Shown piece by piece: positions 14,105 through 29,627 of a stretch of 64,000 bases of DNA. The notes under the pieces are model-generated. The model saw only the letters and a list, made by a program, of their open reading frames with translations. It was not told the origin of the DNA and did not search any database. Position 1 is the stretch's first letter. The number at the start of each line of letters is the position of its first letter. Source of the stretch: Eledone cirrhosa. Lineage: Eukaryota. Both the position numbers and the translations under genes were made by a program. The DNA lies in NCBI GenBank assembly GCA_964016885.1, contig OZ024746.1, forward strand, positions 8,494,001 to 8,558,000, written 5' to 3'.

Positions 14105-14779
14105 TACATCAAGCTCGTCAGACTGAAGTATTAAAGGGAAAATCTAAATAATCGTCCAGAATTTAGATCACTCATCACAAATACTATTGGTATGTCGAGT
14201 CTCTGATGTATTAGTTCAGTCTCTGTTGGTTGAATCAGTTTTATCTACGTTAATAAATACAGATGTAAAGGTATGGATGTCTCCACTTCCCATTACATCC
14301 TCCAGTTAAGATAGAGGAACTTACAAATCAAGTTATCGATTCGCTAGAAATAATATTTAAATCTCTTCAAATCGTAGCCCAATGTCATAGAACAATGAAA
14401 GACACTGGTTAGTACTGTAATACTAGATAGATTAACTAAAAGACGGGACAACTAGGATTAAACAACAACAACAAAAACAACAGCAGCCGCAACAACAGCA
14501 GCAGCAACAACAACAACAGCAGAACAAGAAGCAGCAGCAACAACAGCAACAACAACAACAAAACAAGAACAACAACAAAAAAACAAAACAGCAACAACAA
14601 GAACAACAACAACAAAGGAACCCTGTGATTTGTTAAAAGACGGCAATAATACATGATTTTATCTCGCTGCTAATTCACATCTTTGTCATTTCTTTTCGGT
14701 GGAAGATTTCCCACACTTACAGATAAATGATTAAATAAAAACCATCCAATAATCAAATAACATTATTTTTCTTTCCATA

Positions 14780-14965
14780 CGGCGGTGGATTGGCAGTATC
14801 GGTAGAGGGTCGGACGCCATGCTTTCAAGCATAGTTACGTCCCTTTACGATCTGAGTTCAAATCCCGCCGAGATCGACTTTGCCTTTCATCCTTACGGGG
14901 TCGATAAAATAAAGTACCAGTAATACACTGGGTAATTGCTGGCCTTGTGCCTAAAGTAGAAACAA
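14780..14965 (+). mobile_element. Full-length S1 SINE with 18 bp TSD
   Basis: attatttttctttccata at 14762-14779 and 14965-14982. Confidence 0.9.
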
Positions 14966-16011
14966 TTATTTTTCTTTCCATATTTGATTTTAACTTAGCT
15001 TTTCCTATGTATCAAGACTTAAATATACTTTCAACTATTTAACTATGATTCATGTAAGTAGATGACGTCTCCGAATTATCTATTGACAAGTAGACTTATT
15101 CATTGAGAATTAAGTGTCTCAGGCGAAGGAAGATGACACGGGTGCCGTGTTAAGACAACAACTGTCAACACTTTTGCCGCATCCAATCAATTCAAAAAAC
15201 CATCAATCTAATTTATTTCAAAATAATTTCTTCTGTTTCTGGAATATTTGTAGATATCTAAGTGAGTGTGTGAGTGTATGAGTGTGTGTGAGTGTGTGTG
15301 AGTGTGTGTGTGAGTGTGTGTGTGTGTGAGTGTGTGTGTGAGTGTGTGTGTGTGAGTGTGTATGTGAGTGTGTGTGTGTGTGAGTGTGTGTGAGTGTGAG
15401 TGTGTGAGTGTGTGTGAGTGTGTCTGAGTGTGTGAGTGTGTGTGAGTGTGTGAGTGTGTCTGAGTGTGTGAGTGTGTGTGAGTGTGTGTGTGTGTGTGAG
15501 TGTGTATGTGAGTGTGTGTGTGTGTGAGTGTGTGTGAGTGTGTGTGAGTGTATGAGTGTGTGTGAGTGTGTGTGAGTGTAAGTGTGTGAGTGTGTGAGTG
15601 TGTCTGAGTGTGTGAGTGTGTGTGAGTGTGTGTGAGTGTGTGTGTGTGTGAGTGTGAGTGTATGAGTGTATGAGTGTGTATGAGTGTGTGTGAGTGTGTG
15701 AGTGCGCGCGTGTGTATGTAGGAGTATGTAGGAGTATGGATATGTGTATATGTGTGTATACGGGGTGGGCTGTATGTGGGTCGGGGGTTCTGATGAATTT
15801 GATTCGATTTGAATTAATTCTTATGTTAAAATTACATGAAACTACATTCAGTTGGTGATAATAGCCAAGACCGACCCCCAAAGTGTGATTAAAACATCGA
15901 CAGATAACGCAAACAGCAGCGTTAAATATCTTATGGTCGTAGCATTTGTTTGTATGGAACAGTAACTATTGGTGGAGTCTTAAGGGCGCCGTAGTGACAT
16001 ATGGCATTTGT

Positions 16012-16084
<73 letters not shown>

Positions 16085-16829
16085 GAGAAAGGGAGAGAGA
16101 GAGAGAGAGAGAGAGAGCGGGAGAGAGAAAGGGAGAGAAAGAAAGAGGGAGAGAGAGAGAAAGAGAGAGGGAGAGGGAGAGAAAGAGAGAGGGAGAGAAA
16201 TAGAGAGGGAAGGAAAGATATATAGAAAGAGAGAGAGATAGAGAGAGAGTAATTGCTTGGAAGTGAGAAAGAGATATAGAGGAAGAATCGATCCCAGTAC
16301 TGGAATGATACTTTTTTATCGACCTCGAAATGGTGATAGGAAAAGTTGACCTCAGTGAGATTTGAACTCCGAGTGGAAAGAGTCGGAACGAATACTGGAA
16401 AACATTCTATCATGCGTTTAATGGTAAAGACAGGAAAGGCCCCTAGAAAGTTCCTCTTCCAAGAGCAAACCTTGGCAAGATGTTTTAGTGGTAGCTCAAC
16501 AATCCTCCTTGTATGGAGTCCCTGTCTCCACCGATGTTGTTCAAGGAAAGGTAAAGGGAGATACAGTTTGGCACTACTGTCGTTACAACTAATATTTTAC
16601 AGCAGTAATAGCCACAGCAGCAATAGCAACAGCAGCAACAGCAACAACAGCAACATCAGCATTAATTACATCAAGATAAGTTATAATAACATCAATACCA
16701 ACAACAACAATAGCAGCAATAACTCAGCAACAATGACAAAAAAAAGTGAAGAAAAACGCTAGTAAAAATTCAAGATGGCGCCAAATTAGCAAGACGCCAT
16801 TATTAATACGAAAGTGAGCGACAGCAGAG

Positions 16830-17110
16830 ACACTTTCTCCAGCCGCAACCTGGTGCAGTTTGCGACTAACCCAGGTACTGCTACACCTCGGGCTGAGGAG
16901 GCCAAACTCCCCAAGTACCGGTCGCTCTCCGATAGGTTCGCGGTCGTGCCCTTGGCAGTGGAGACTTCTGGTGTCCTTCACCTTAAGGCTACCTCCATAA
17001 GCGCTGAGCTGGCCAGTCGTAGGTGTGAGCCTCGCGAGTTGGAATGGCTCTTCCAACGCATCTCCCTTAACATCCTCCGGGGAAACGCCTTCTCCATCCT
17101 GTCCGCCGGA
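16830..17110 (+). mobile_element. CRE-clade non-LTR retrotransposon fragment (REL endonuclease C-terminus)
   Basis: RAEEAKLPKY..VVPLAVETSG..WLFQRISLNILRGNAFSIL matches the CRE-type K..KY / P.AVET.G / QRIS.AI.RGNA pattern; GC-rich island. Confidence 0.7.
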
Positions 17111-17767
17111 GCTGTGGGGAGGTCAGCACGTGGGACCCTATTTACTCACCATACGGATTAATAGGCAAAGTTATAAACTATTGTAAACAAACCTATTTAC
17201 ATGGAAGTTATAAAAAGATTCAACAACAGAATCTTCTAGCTGCTTCACAGCGTCCATTGTTCTATATTTTTCTTCATATTTGTTATGCTTGTCTTGCCTC
17301 CCGTTGAACGACAAGACTATGTTGTCGAAACCGCGTCTTTTGAATGGCAGAAGGAGGTGTAAAGGACATTTGCAGCAGTAGATATGTCAGCATATATAAA
17401 ATACGCGGAAAATAAATAAATGAGTAAACAGGTAAATAAATGAAATAAACCAATAAAATAAATAAATAAAGGATGGAAAGAAAGGAAGAATGAAACGTTT
17501 TGCTTTTTAAAGTAGATAGGTCTATCGGATAACTTGAAATTGTAGTGTAAATTCGATATTTTCTCATCAATCTGGATACAAACAAAAATAATGATTTCCA
17601 AATAGAATAATTATTTCGATGATCTTTTTTTTTTTAGTCTGTTTGTAATTTTAACTGCAAGACATACCTAGTAATTTGTTTTTGGAAAACTGTTTCTATC
17701 GAATCAGCTATTGGTGAAATATCAGAACATCTTAGTAGAAACCTAAATTTAAACATATTCCCATATA

Positions 17768-17827
<60 letters not shown>

Positions 17828-18412
17828 AAAAAGTAAGACCCAGACGGCAGAGCTCAAGTCGTTTCGACGGCTATTTCTGGACTAAATTAGAATTTTTAGC
17901 CTGGTGAATAAATAGCCAAACTTTTCAAGGGGGTACTTCCTTATATAGGAAGATTGTAGTTGTCAAGAGGATTGGTTAAAATTTGTTGTAAACACAAATA
18001 AGTCTATCATGGCATTAGGTGGGAGGTAGGGGTGGCTGAACTTGCCTGCAGTACAATGAAGAAATATATTTATTTAATGTTTGGTATAGTAAATAGGAAA
18101 ATCGTCTTTACGTTTCTTTAGTAAATTGATCTGAGGTACATTGAATACATTCTTTTATTGATTTCGGTTCTTAGAGTGTGGCCATGCTGGGGTACCACCT
18201 TATTTATAAAACAGTCTCAAACATTTCTATCTAAAACTGCAGATGAAACAAACGCATTCAAATACGTTGTTTACAGACATATGAAAAATGTTTTGCTTTA
18301 TCGAAACATTAATCAAAGTCAGTCATTTTTTTTTAGTGAGTGGTTGTTTATTAACAAGGAAACACCCAGATATATAACAAGCACGCACATACATACATAC
18401 CTATACACATAC

Positions 18413-18481
<69 letters not shown>

Positions 18482-18635
18482 TTTATCCCAGGTTCAATCG
18501 GGGGTAACCACAGTAAGTAAGGTACTCAATACACTTTGGTTACCCCCCCGATTGAACCCGGGATAAACGTATTTTTTAGCACTCTTTGTCTTTGTGCCCC
18601 TCTTAATCATCACCAAGAAAGAAACCTTTCTATAT

Positions 18636-18678
<43 letters not shown>

Positions 18679-19085
18679 GAACGTACACACATACACACAC
18701 ACATACACACACTTACACACTCAAACATACACATACAGGTTCTACGTGTGTGAACAGAAGCGATTGCCAATTCGTTACGGTGAGAAAATCCTGAAGAAAG
18801 ATGTGAGTTGATAGAGTGACGATAGGAGAAAGATATGTTATTTCACGCTTCGATGAACAACATGAAAGGAAACCTCGAGATTGAGATAAATAAATGACGA
18901 GTTGCAGCCAGATATTGATTAATCGGACCGATTTCTGATACCAATTTTCATTACTGTTTACTGAAGGTTTGAGAGATAGATTTTAGGACATCAAACTAGA
19001 CCTTTGGGTTACTTTTCAATGTATGTATGTATGTATGTATGTATGTATGTATGTATGTATGTATGTATGTATGTATGTATGTATG

Positions 19086-19746
19086 TTATCTCTTTCTCTT
19101 AATTTCGAGTATATTTTTTTTGACCGGCCACCTTCCTGGTGGCAAGGTTGTAAAAGAAAAGAAATTGTCATCCCTTGAATCGCAAGAATGTTTTGCAAAT
19201 TTTGAAGGTGCCAGCTATCGCAGCCATTTGTAGACTATGAATTAGGGAGCTGCGCTTTTTGTCCGCAAATCCAAGTTCGGTCATACTTTGGTCCAAACAG
19301 GTTGGTATATAACCTATAGCTCCAATAATGATGGGTATGAAGCTAAAGGTGTATCTTGGATACTGGATTTGTAAACTCCTCATCAATGGTCCGTAGATGT
19401 CCTCCTTCTCCTGTATTTTTCTGACAACGTTTACATCAAGTGGGCAGCTGATCTCTACAACAGAACACGTTTTCAATGTGTGGTCCCAAACAACAATATC
19501 AGGTCGGTTGTGCTTTAATTTGGTGGCAGTTTTTATTTTCAGGTTCCACCAGTATTCCTTAGTGCCATCTGTCTCAATATATTCTTCCTCGTTTGTTGTT
19601 AATTTTGTTTTCCGAAGTGCGTTCCAGATGGTTCTAGCTATCCCATCGTGTCTCATGGGAGGTAGTAGCGAGATGACATTCTTTCGCAGCTGGCAACAAT
19701 GTGGCTTACATCCTCGATCTTTGTTTTACATAGCCTACATTTATTG
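19086..19746 (-). mobile_element. 5'-truncated R4/Dong-like family 1 copy in (TATG)n
   Basis: Near-identical to 50287-50945; ORF 19168-19656 carries the REL motifs RHD, RPDIVV, VVEISCP. Confidence 0.85.
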
Positions 19747-19814
19747 TATGTATGTATGTATGTATGTATGTATGTATGTATGTATGTATGTATGTATGTA
19801 TGTATGTATGTTTT

Positions 19815-20163
19815 GCGGGGACATAGAAATAATCGGGCTGGATACCCGACCACGCATTTAAACCACTGGGAGTGAAGGAGCCCTAGTCCTTGTCAGGGCA
19901 TTCTTCTATCAGAGGGCATCTCAGGAAACTGGGTTAACTCCGACATAAAACCTGCGGCTCAGTAGTTATCGATGATGTTGATCTTTTCTTCTTTTTTCGG
20001 GTTATAGCTACTGTCGATCAGAGAATGGGATTGGCTCAGTGCACAGTCTTTCCCCACTTTAAAAAAATCTTTACGCACAGTCATTGCACGATGGAATTAA
20101 TTAATAATTCTAATAATGGTATATCGTGAAATGGCCATACTCGATAACGAGGGTGCAGCCATC

Positions 20164-20196
<33 letters not shown>

Positions 20197-20658
20197 TGTA
20201 TGTATGTATGTATGTATGTATGTATGTATGTATGTATGTATGTATGTATCCGGGAGAGATGACCCCTTAGCCTGTCAAGGCAGAATTCTAGGAGAAGGAA
20301 AACTCTGATATAACACCTGCAACCCTGATGGTATCCAATGATGTTGACTTGTTCTTCTTTTTGGTAAATATCATCTTGGTTAAGAGAGTGGGACTGGCTT
20401 TGTGCAGTGCCTTTGCTCACTATAAAAGCTTCACGGCACAAGCATTGCTTTATATCTGGAGATCTCTCTGCACTTGTCGTCACATGGTACCATGGGCCCA
20501 GCACTATGTGTCAATAATTGTCACACGTGTAGTGTTTGTACCAGAGTTTTCAAGTCGCTGGCTGGACTAAAAAGTCACACTTGTTCAGCGCATCGGTAGG
20601 GGTTCTCCTAAATGGATATAAAGTAGTGGCCGTACTCGAAAACGAGTTGGCAGCCACC
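19815..20658 (+). mobile_element. Family B (19815-20163) and family A (20250-20658) copies separated by (TATG)n
   Basis: Similarity to the other A and B copies. Confidence 0.75.
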
Positions 20659-20739
20659 ATGTATGTATGTATGTATGTATGTATGTATGTATGTATGTAT
20701 GTATGTATGTATGTATGTATGCCTTTATATTAATTCTAA

Positions 20740-21070
20740 GGCAGCGAATTGGTAGAGTCGTTAGAACATCGGTTAGAGTACTTTCTGTTATTCGTCTCGG
20801 CTCTCTGCTCTTTGAGTTCAAATCTCGTCTGGGTCAACTTTGCCTTTCATCCATTAGAGGTCGATCAAATAGTACCAGTCAAGTACTGGAGTCGATTCTT
20901 CGTCTATATCTTTTTTTCACTCCCATTCTCTAATTTTTTATCCTACACAGGAAGACATCTGCTGTATTCAGACCTGGAAAGGAGATGGGCTCCACCAGGT
21001 TCTAAATATTCCCTAGAAATGCTGTATGTGAATGTGGCGTCCTTCCGACTTCCCCAGCAGTTACGGCAAT
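20740..21070 (+). mobile_element. S1-related SINE with a different, longer 3' part (S1b)
   Basis: Shares head and central domain with S1; its 3' part is homologous to 45470-45640 (-) and 5385-5460 (-). Confidence 0.6.
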
Positions 21071-21470
21071 ATACATACCATACATATTAATTCTACATAT
21101 TTCTAGGAATTGTATCTTTCCTCGAACGTCTGTCAGATGTAACTCTATCACTTCTTTCCCGTGTGGGTTTAGTTTTAATTTTTAAATATCTTCTGATAGT
21201 GATTTCCTTATTCCAAGGGCAGCGTTTCATTAGAAATTCTCTTGTTTTTACTGTTCTTTTGTAACTCCCAACAAATGAAGGGGTTCCTTGGGGTCTGGTA
21301 GGAGCGATTCCCAACATACACCCCCCCCCACACACAGATACACACATATATACATATATATATATGTATATATAAACATATACATATATATATGTGTGTG
21401 TTTATATATATGTTTATATGTATATATGTATGTATACATGTATATATGTATATATACATATATGTATGTA

Positions 21471-21544
<74 letters not shown>

Positions 21545-21734
21545 TAGAAGGGGTATTTAATTTGTTGCAAATCCGACAAATATAAATATAAATGTTTATA
21601 ACTGATTTAGAATATTTACTCCAGGAAATCTGTTGAATGCTCTAAATCAGTTATAAACATCCACTATCGAGAGAATATCCAACTGATAAGGTATGATTTT
21701 CCTGGGTATGACTCTATTTATAAAACAAACTTTG

Positions 21735-21797
21735 TATTTTATCTGAAGAAAGCGTACCAAAGTCTTTTGGTACGCTTGAAATATATATAATAAAATA
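21735..21797 (+). ncRNA. Canonical type I hammerhead motif in a ~300 bp insert between (TA)n tracts
   Basis: tattttat-CTGAAGA-aagcgtaccaaa(gtct)tttggtacgctt-GAAA-tatata-TA-ataaaata; perfect stems I and II. Confidence 0.8.
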
Positions 21798-21836
21798 TAT
21801 ATGGTTTTATAAATATAGTCTCCATTTATTTAATAT

Positions 21837-22457
<621 letters not shown>

Positions 22458-22825
22458 GCACACACCCGTACACAGATATTTACAATCATAATACACATAT
22501 ACATTTCAAGAAACTGAAGAAACTGAAATAGCAAACAGAGAGAGAAACCGAAGGAGACAAAACCGAATTTATTGACGTTATAAAGTCAATATATAAGTCT
22601 GGGTGAAAATAAAATTAAGAATGTATAAAATATTGGATTTTCAAAGGAAGAAAAATAAGTTTAAACAAAAAAAAAATCATAAAATTAATAAAAATTGATA
22701 AAATTAGAATTCACAATATATCAGAAAACTGTGAAAGAAAGTCAACACAGTTTTCTGAAAAATATATTGTTTATTTATGATGTAGGATAGAGAAATCAAT
22801 CGCTTCCACATCCCCCCTTTCTCTC

Positions 22826-22966
<141 letters not shown>

Positions 22967-22993
22967 TATGTACAGAGAGAGACAGAGAGATAT

Positions 22994-23025
<32 letters not shown>

Positions 23026-23100
23026 GTGTGTATATGTATATATATATGTATATGTATATGTGTGTATATATATATATATGTCTATATATATATATATATG

Positions 23101-23184
<84 letters not shown>

Positions 23185-23282
23185 CACGTGTATGAGATAT
23201 CACTAGTTGAAACCAGTAAGATTATTAGTCAACTTAGCACTACGTTCCTAAGCAAAGTAGAGCCTAAATATTACAATATTAG

Positions 23283-23700
23283 TGAATTGGCAGTATCGGT
23301 AGAGGGCCGGACACCATGCTTTGTAGCATAGAGTTACGTCCCTTTATAGTCTGAGTTCAAATCCCGCCGAGGTTAACTTTCCCTTTCATCCTTACGGGGT
23401 CGATAAAATAAAGTACCAGTAATACACTGGGATAATTGCTGGCCTTGTCGCCCTCTCTATATCAATTACCACCAAACTCTCCCTCTCTCTATATCTAACA
23501 TACAACACACTCACTCTCCCAACTTTCCTCTCTATATCAATTACCACCAAACTCTCCCCCTCTCTATATCAATTACCACCAAACTCTCCCCCTCTCTATA
23601 TCAATTACCACCAAACTCTCCCCCTCTCTATATCAATTACCACCAAACTCTCCCCCTCTCTATATCAATTACCACCAAACTCTCCCGCTCTCTATATCTA
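23283..23700 (+). repeat. S1 SINE (23283-23448) followed by a 32 bp minisatellite (ctctctatatcaattaccaccaaactctcccc)
   Basis: About 6-7 units from 23452 to 23700. Confidence 0.8.
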
Positions 23701-24340
23701 TATCTATCAATTATAGACTATACTACCCGATTGTTAGCCATAAACCTTTTCGGTGCCAAAATACATTTTGCTATCGAAAAGGTTTCAGCAGATAAACGGA
23801 TGTTGTACAATCTTGAATAACCCCCCCCTCCCCCTCCCCTCATTGTTTATTAATTTTTAAAGGTTTTCCAACCAGCCACCCTTATCAAATTTTGTTAATC
23901 TATCTCCGGTGAAATTTTATTTTAAGTGGTAGCATCCCGACGACAATTCATTTTCTTTAGACATTAAAAAATACCAAAACATATCTATTTGTATATGTTA
24001 CAATTTATGTACATGTTATATAGAGTCTAATGGGAGAGGTAGATATAGAGAGGTGGTCTGGGGAAATCGATAATTGTATAGTTTACGATCGTAAATATAG
24101 GATTATATTTTTCTCCCCAAAACACGTGTATCGCACATGGAAGTTTTCTGACCATTTTAGAGTGCAAAGAGCTAAACTACAACTGAATTGACCAAATCCC
24201 CCCCCCCCCCCCCCCAGTTCAGAATGCTTCTACCCCCCCCACACACATATATGTGTGTGTATGTTTAAATACAATATATATATATTATATATAAACACAT
24301 GAACATGTATATATATATATATATATATATATTTACATAA

Positions 24341-24398
<58 letters not shown>

Positions 24399-24447
24399 AT
24401 GTTTAAATATAATATATATATATATTATATAGAAACACACGAACATG

Positions 24448-24482
<35 letters not shown>

Positions 24483-24548
24483 ATACATGTGTGTGTATGT
24501 TTAAATATAATATATATATATTGTATATAAACACATGAACATGTATAT

Positions 24549-24596
<48 letters not shown>

Positions 24597-24733
24597 TTTT
24601 ATCTTGACTCTGTATACCGTTTATCTTTCACCGAAAGTGATTTTTCATTACATCTCTTCTTTCCATGATATCCGGAATACATTGAGTTCTTCATACGGAT
24701 TGGACACTACCGTAAACTCTTGGTAGATTTATC

Positions 24734-24772
<39 letters not shown>

Positions 24773-24818
24773 GTGTGTGTATGTTTAAATATAATATATT
24801 ATATATAAATAGATGAAC

Positions 24819-24862
<44 letters not shown>

Positions 24863-24916
24863 CGTTTCTGAATTTGTTTAGCAAGATTCTTTATCTGAAA
24901 TCGTGTGTTGAAACCG

Positions 24917-25464
24917 ATATTGTTATACTTTGGGAGGGTCATGTTGCCAATAAGAAACACACGCACCAGTTGCTTTCACTTCAATTTAATTTAATATATA
25001 TTTATAAATTTACAAATTTATAAATTTCTGGTTGGTTGGTTGGTTCCACAACCAGATAGTTGTTTATATATATATATAGTCATAGTTCTTTCGTCACACA
25101 CTCTGTGACCTCTTCAGTGACTGGGATTTCTTTCTTCGTTTCTGTGCCTTTCCTTTCTTCTATCCTACGCCATTTTGTTTGTGTGTCAAACAAACACACA
25201 AACAAAATGGCGTAGGATAGAAGAAAGGAAAGGCACAGAAACGAAGAAAGAAATCCCCAGTCACTGAAGAGGTCACAGAGTGTGTGACGAAAGAACTATG
25301 ACTATATATATATATAAACAACTATCTGGTTGTGGAACCAACCAACCAACCAGAAATTTATAAATTTGTAAATTTATAAATATATATTAAATTAAATTGA
25401 AGTGAAAGCAACTGGTGCGTGTGTTTCTTATTGGCAACATGACCCTCCCAAAGTATAACAATAT
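24917..25464. mobile_element. Inverted pair of Penelope pLTR segments (~270 bp arms, ~8 bp spacer)
   Basis: Arms are reverse complements and match 10803-11070 downstream of the GIY-YIG ORF. Confidence 0.85.
25259..25303 (+). ncRNA. Minimal hammerhead motif (mirror copy at about 25078-25122, minus)
   Basis: agtca-CTGAAGA-ggtcacagagtgtgtgac-GAAA-gaac-TA-tgact. Confidence 0.75.
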
Positions 25465-25955
25465 ATATATATATATATTGATATATAGCAATAGAAGTAC
25501 ATCTTTCAGATCGAATTGGCATCATATAGTTTTTCTTTGAAGTTCGAAGCAATTACATACAATTCTATCTTGTTCGTAGAGAGCGACATGAGTGAGAACA
25601 GCAACAACAATATCAACTAGAGAGGGGGGCGGGAGAGATGGGGAGAGAGAGAGACTTGGAGAGAGATGGAGAGAGAGAGGTAGAGAGAGAGAGAGATGGA
25701 GAGAAAGGGAGAGATGGAGGGAGCGGGAGAGGGAGAGGGAGATAGAGATAGAGATGGAGAGAGAGATAGAGATGGAAAGAGATGGAGAGAGAGATGTAGA
25801 GAGAGAAAGAGAGAGATAGAGAGAGAGAGAGAGGGGGGATAGAGGGAGAGGGAGAGAGAGATAGAGATGGAGAGAGAGGGTGAGAAAGATGTAGTGAGAG
25901 AAAGAGAGAGAGAGAAAAAAGAGATAGATAGAGAGAGAGAGAGAGAGAAAGAGAA

Positions 25956-26035
<80 letters not shown>

Positions 26036-26146
26036 CTTCACACGTTTTGCTCATCATCTCTCTATACGTATTTCAAAACATTAAAATATAAATATATATT
26101 CACACACATCGCACATATACTACGAGTGTATATGTATGTATGTATG

Positions 26147-26180
<34 letters not shown>

Positions 26181-26359
26181 TGTATGTATGTATGTATGTA
26201 TGTATGTATGTATGTATGTATGTATGTATGTATGTATGTATGTATGTATGCATGTATGCATGTATGCATGTATGTATGTATGTATGTATGTGTATGTATG
26301 TATGCATGTATGTATGTATGCATGTATGTATATATGTATGTATATATGTACGTATGTTC

Positions 26360-26654
26360 GTTCTTCTGGTTTTATAATTTCACAAATTTTTACCAATAGA
26401 GAGAGAGTCGTTTTCTAACATAGACACAAGACTCTCTCATTGGAATTTACACAACATCAACTAGGTAGATTATGTATGCATGCATGTGTAGATATGGATG
26501 TTATTGTATGTGTGGATGTGTATGTTTTGAGTTGTATGTGTGCATGTGTATATGCTTTGTATCTGTAAATGTGTATATGCAGTTTTTAGATACAAAATGT
26601 TTGGAATGTTTTACATATTTTTACTGTTCCTTGTAATTTCCTAACTAGTTGTGT
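26360..26654 (-). mobile_element. R4/Dong-like family 2, 3' fragment
   Basis: Matches 49092-49420; flanked by (TATG)n. Confidence 0.75.
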
Positions 26655-26672
26655 ATGTATGTATGTATATAT

Positions 26673-27258
26673 GTCAGGTCACCAGTTGGTGCTACTGGTA
26701 ACATATATCCCAGTACAACCTGTCTCATGGTCGGGTCGTTGGCGACTAAACTGGCAACCCCACCAAGGTTTCTTGGTGAGGAGGGTGACTTTGGACATCC
26801 TGCAGGACTAAAAACAAAACCTGTCAAAGGGCAAAGGAGCTCTTAAGAGTCAATGGCCATCCAAAATCACCGGGAGAGATGACCCCTTAGCATTTGTCGG
26901 GGCAGAATTCTAGGAGAAGGAAAACTCTGATATAGCACCTGCAACCCTGATGGTATCCGATGATGTTGACTTGTTCTTCTTTTTGGTAAATATCATCTTG
27001 GTTAAGAGAGTGGGACTGGCTTTGTGCAGTGCCTTTGCTCACTATAAAAGCTTCACGGCACAGGCATTGCTTTATATCTGGAGATCTCTCTGCACTTGTC
27101 ATCAGATGGTACCATGGGCCCAGCACTATGTGTCAATAATTGTCACAAGTGTAGTGTTTGTAACAGAGTTTTCAAGTCGCTGGCTGGACTAAAAAGTCAC
27201 ACTCGTTCAGCGCATGGATATAAAGTAGTGGCCGTACTCAAAAACGAGTTGGCAGCCA

Positions 27259-27260
<2 letters not shown>
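26673..27260 (+). mobile_element. Apparently full-length family A element
   Basis: Starts gtcaggtcacc, identical to the start of the 49636 copy. Confidence 0.75.
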
Positions 27261-27340
<80 letters not shown>

Positions 27341-29167
27341 CTCTGTGTCACTGTATCTCAGTGTCTCTGTATCTCTGTGTCACTGTATCTCAATGTCTCT
27401 GTATCTCTGTGTCACTGTATCTCTGTGTCACTGTATCTCTGTGTCACTGTATCTCAATGTCTCTGTATCTCTGTGTCACTGTATCTCTGTGTCACTGTGT
27501 CACTGTATCTCAGTGTCTCTGTATCTCTGTGTCTCTGTTTTTGTGTCTCCGTGACCTAATTTTAACTCTAGTTTTAGTCTAATTTCAGTAAAGCCACTAC
27601 AAACATCTCCGATACTCGCATATTTTAATTCAACTCAACAAAACTAAAAACGTAAAACAAATACAATCCCACCCCGCAAAAATAAATATATCCAACTCAA
27701 CATTAACAAATGGCTGTAAAGAAGGAATAAATGGTAGAAGTGTGTTCTAGCAGATCAAATACTTTGCGGTATTTCGTTACGTCCCTCTACTCACGCGTTT
27801 TGCCCACCAGGGGTTATTTTCAACTGTTGAGTGGGCGAAGAGCAGCTTAACAGAAAATGATGGGCGATTGGAAACTTTGGTGGACGATGTAGGATTTTCA
27901 GCTTTTAGAACATATGCTACCCGAAAAAATATTCAAAGGAGATATGCAAAGAACTTGTATAAAACAAAAAAAAAGACGAAAAAACAAAACAAAACAGGAG
28001 GCTAAATAGGAATAAGAAACCAGTAACAGACTTTTACTAAATATTTTTGGCATGCTTTTGAATATTTACTGTACATTTCCTAAACGCAAAACAAGTATTT
28101 CGATGTCTTTGTTGCAACTTGCACAGCCGCCTATCACTTCGACATGAAAACACGCTTTTGAATACAAATTCTTGAATACAATACCAAACCTTAAAATCTG
28201 TAAGTCACTAAATTCTTTCAGAAACACGTTTAAAAGTGACATTAAGAATCCTATAAAATGCCAAAGAATTCTAATCTTCATTGATAAGACTAATAGCAGT
28301 ATTCATGTAACTGTTTCGTAAGACAATGATACAAACAATTTTTGAGAAATACCCCCCCCCCTCCCCTCCCCCTACTTGTAACATTAATAAGTTAGTAAAA
28401 GCCGTAGCAGAAAACCTAATATTGAGTTCTAATTTAGACACAAGGCCAACAATTTAGGCCTGAAGTGGGAAGTCAACCCAAATTAGACCAACCCCAGTAC
28501 CTGAGTGGTGCTTTATTTTTTCCACCCTGGAAGGATGAAAGACAAAGCTGAACTCGGCGAGATTTGAACTCATAGCGAGATGGTATTTTATGTGATGTTC
28601 TACATGTTTAATATGGATAGCAGACCAGAGGTCTTAGCAAAACCTAAAACATTTAACATGATAAAGGGCCATAAGAGTAACTTCATTTTTAAACTCAAAC
28701 TAATATAAATTAAATCTGATTTGAGAAATTTCAAGAAACAATATTTTGACTTACTCCAGTGTTCAAATAAACGTAGTCGGGTGCCAACTTAAGTTGTTAT
28801 TGTTGCTGTTGTTGTTCTACCACTGTTCAAACCACGCCATGTTAGTTAATCAGTTAAATACTCAATCCATCTCTATTTTTCAGGCCCAGTCTTCCTGTTA
28901 CACTTCTACAGATATACTCAGTAGATCTTACTCTTCCACAATCTCTCTCTCACACTCACTCCATTCTCCCCCTCTAATCTTTTTCATTAAATTCCTCTCC
29001 CCTCCCACCTTTCTCTATCTATCTGTCTATAAACACACATATACGTACATATACACATACATAAATACATACATACATGCGTGCACACACACACTCTCAC
29101 CTATAAATGTACAAAATACTGATTCTCTAACGATATATGGTTCTTTCTCTGTCTATGTACATATAAC

Positions 29168-29244
<77 letters not shown>

Positions 29245-29251
<7 letters not shown>

Positions 29252-29627
29252 GCAGTGATTCATTAGAGTTTTGGGGGAAATAATTATTATTGCTTCGTCT
29301 CTTTTTGTTTATATTTAAATATTTTGTCCTCTTCTGATAAACAGTAACAAGCTATATTCAATTTAAACAATTTAGGCACTTGGTAAACGGATTTCATATA
29401 TATATATATATGAAGATATATATGTATGTATGTATATATATACATACATATATATATATGCACATATGTATATATGAAATCCGTTTACCAAGTGCCTAAA
29501 TTGTTTAAATTGAATATAGCTTGTTACTGTTTATCAGAAGAGGACAAAATATTTAAATATAAACAAAAAGAAACGAAGCAATAATAATTATTTCCCCCAA
29601 AACTCTAATGAATCACTGCTGTTTTTT
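29245..29627. repeat. Inverted repeat with ~160 bp arms around a TA-rich spacer
   Basis: 29245-29405 versus 29469-29627, near-perfect. Confidence 0.9.
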
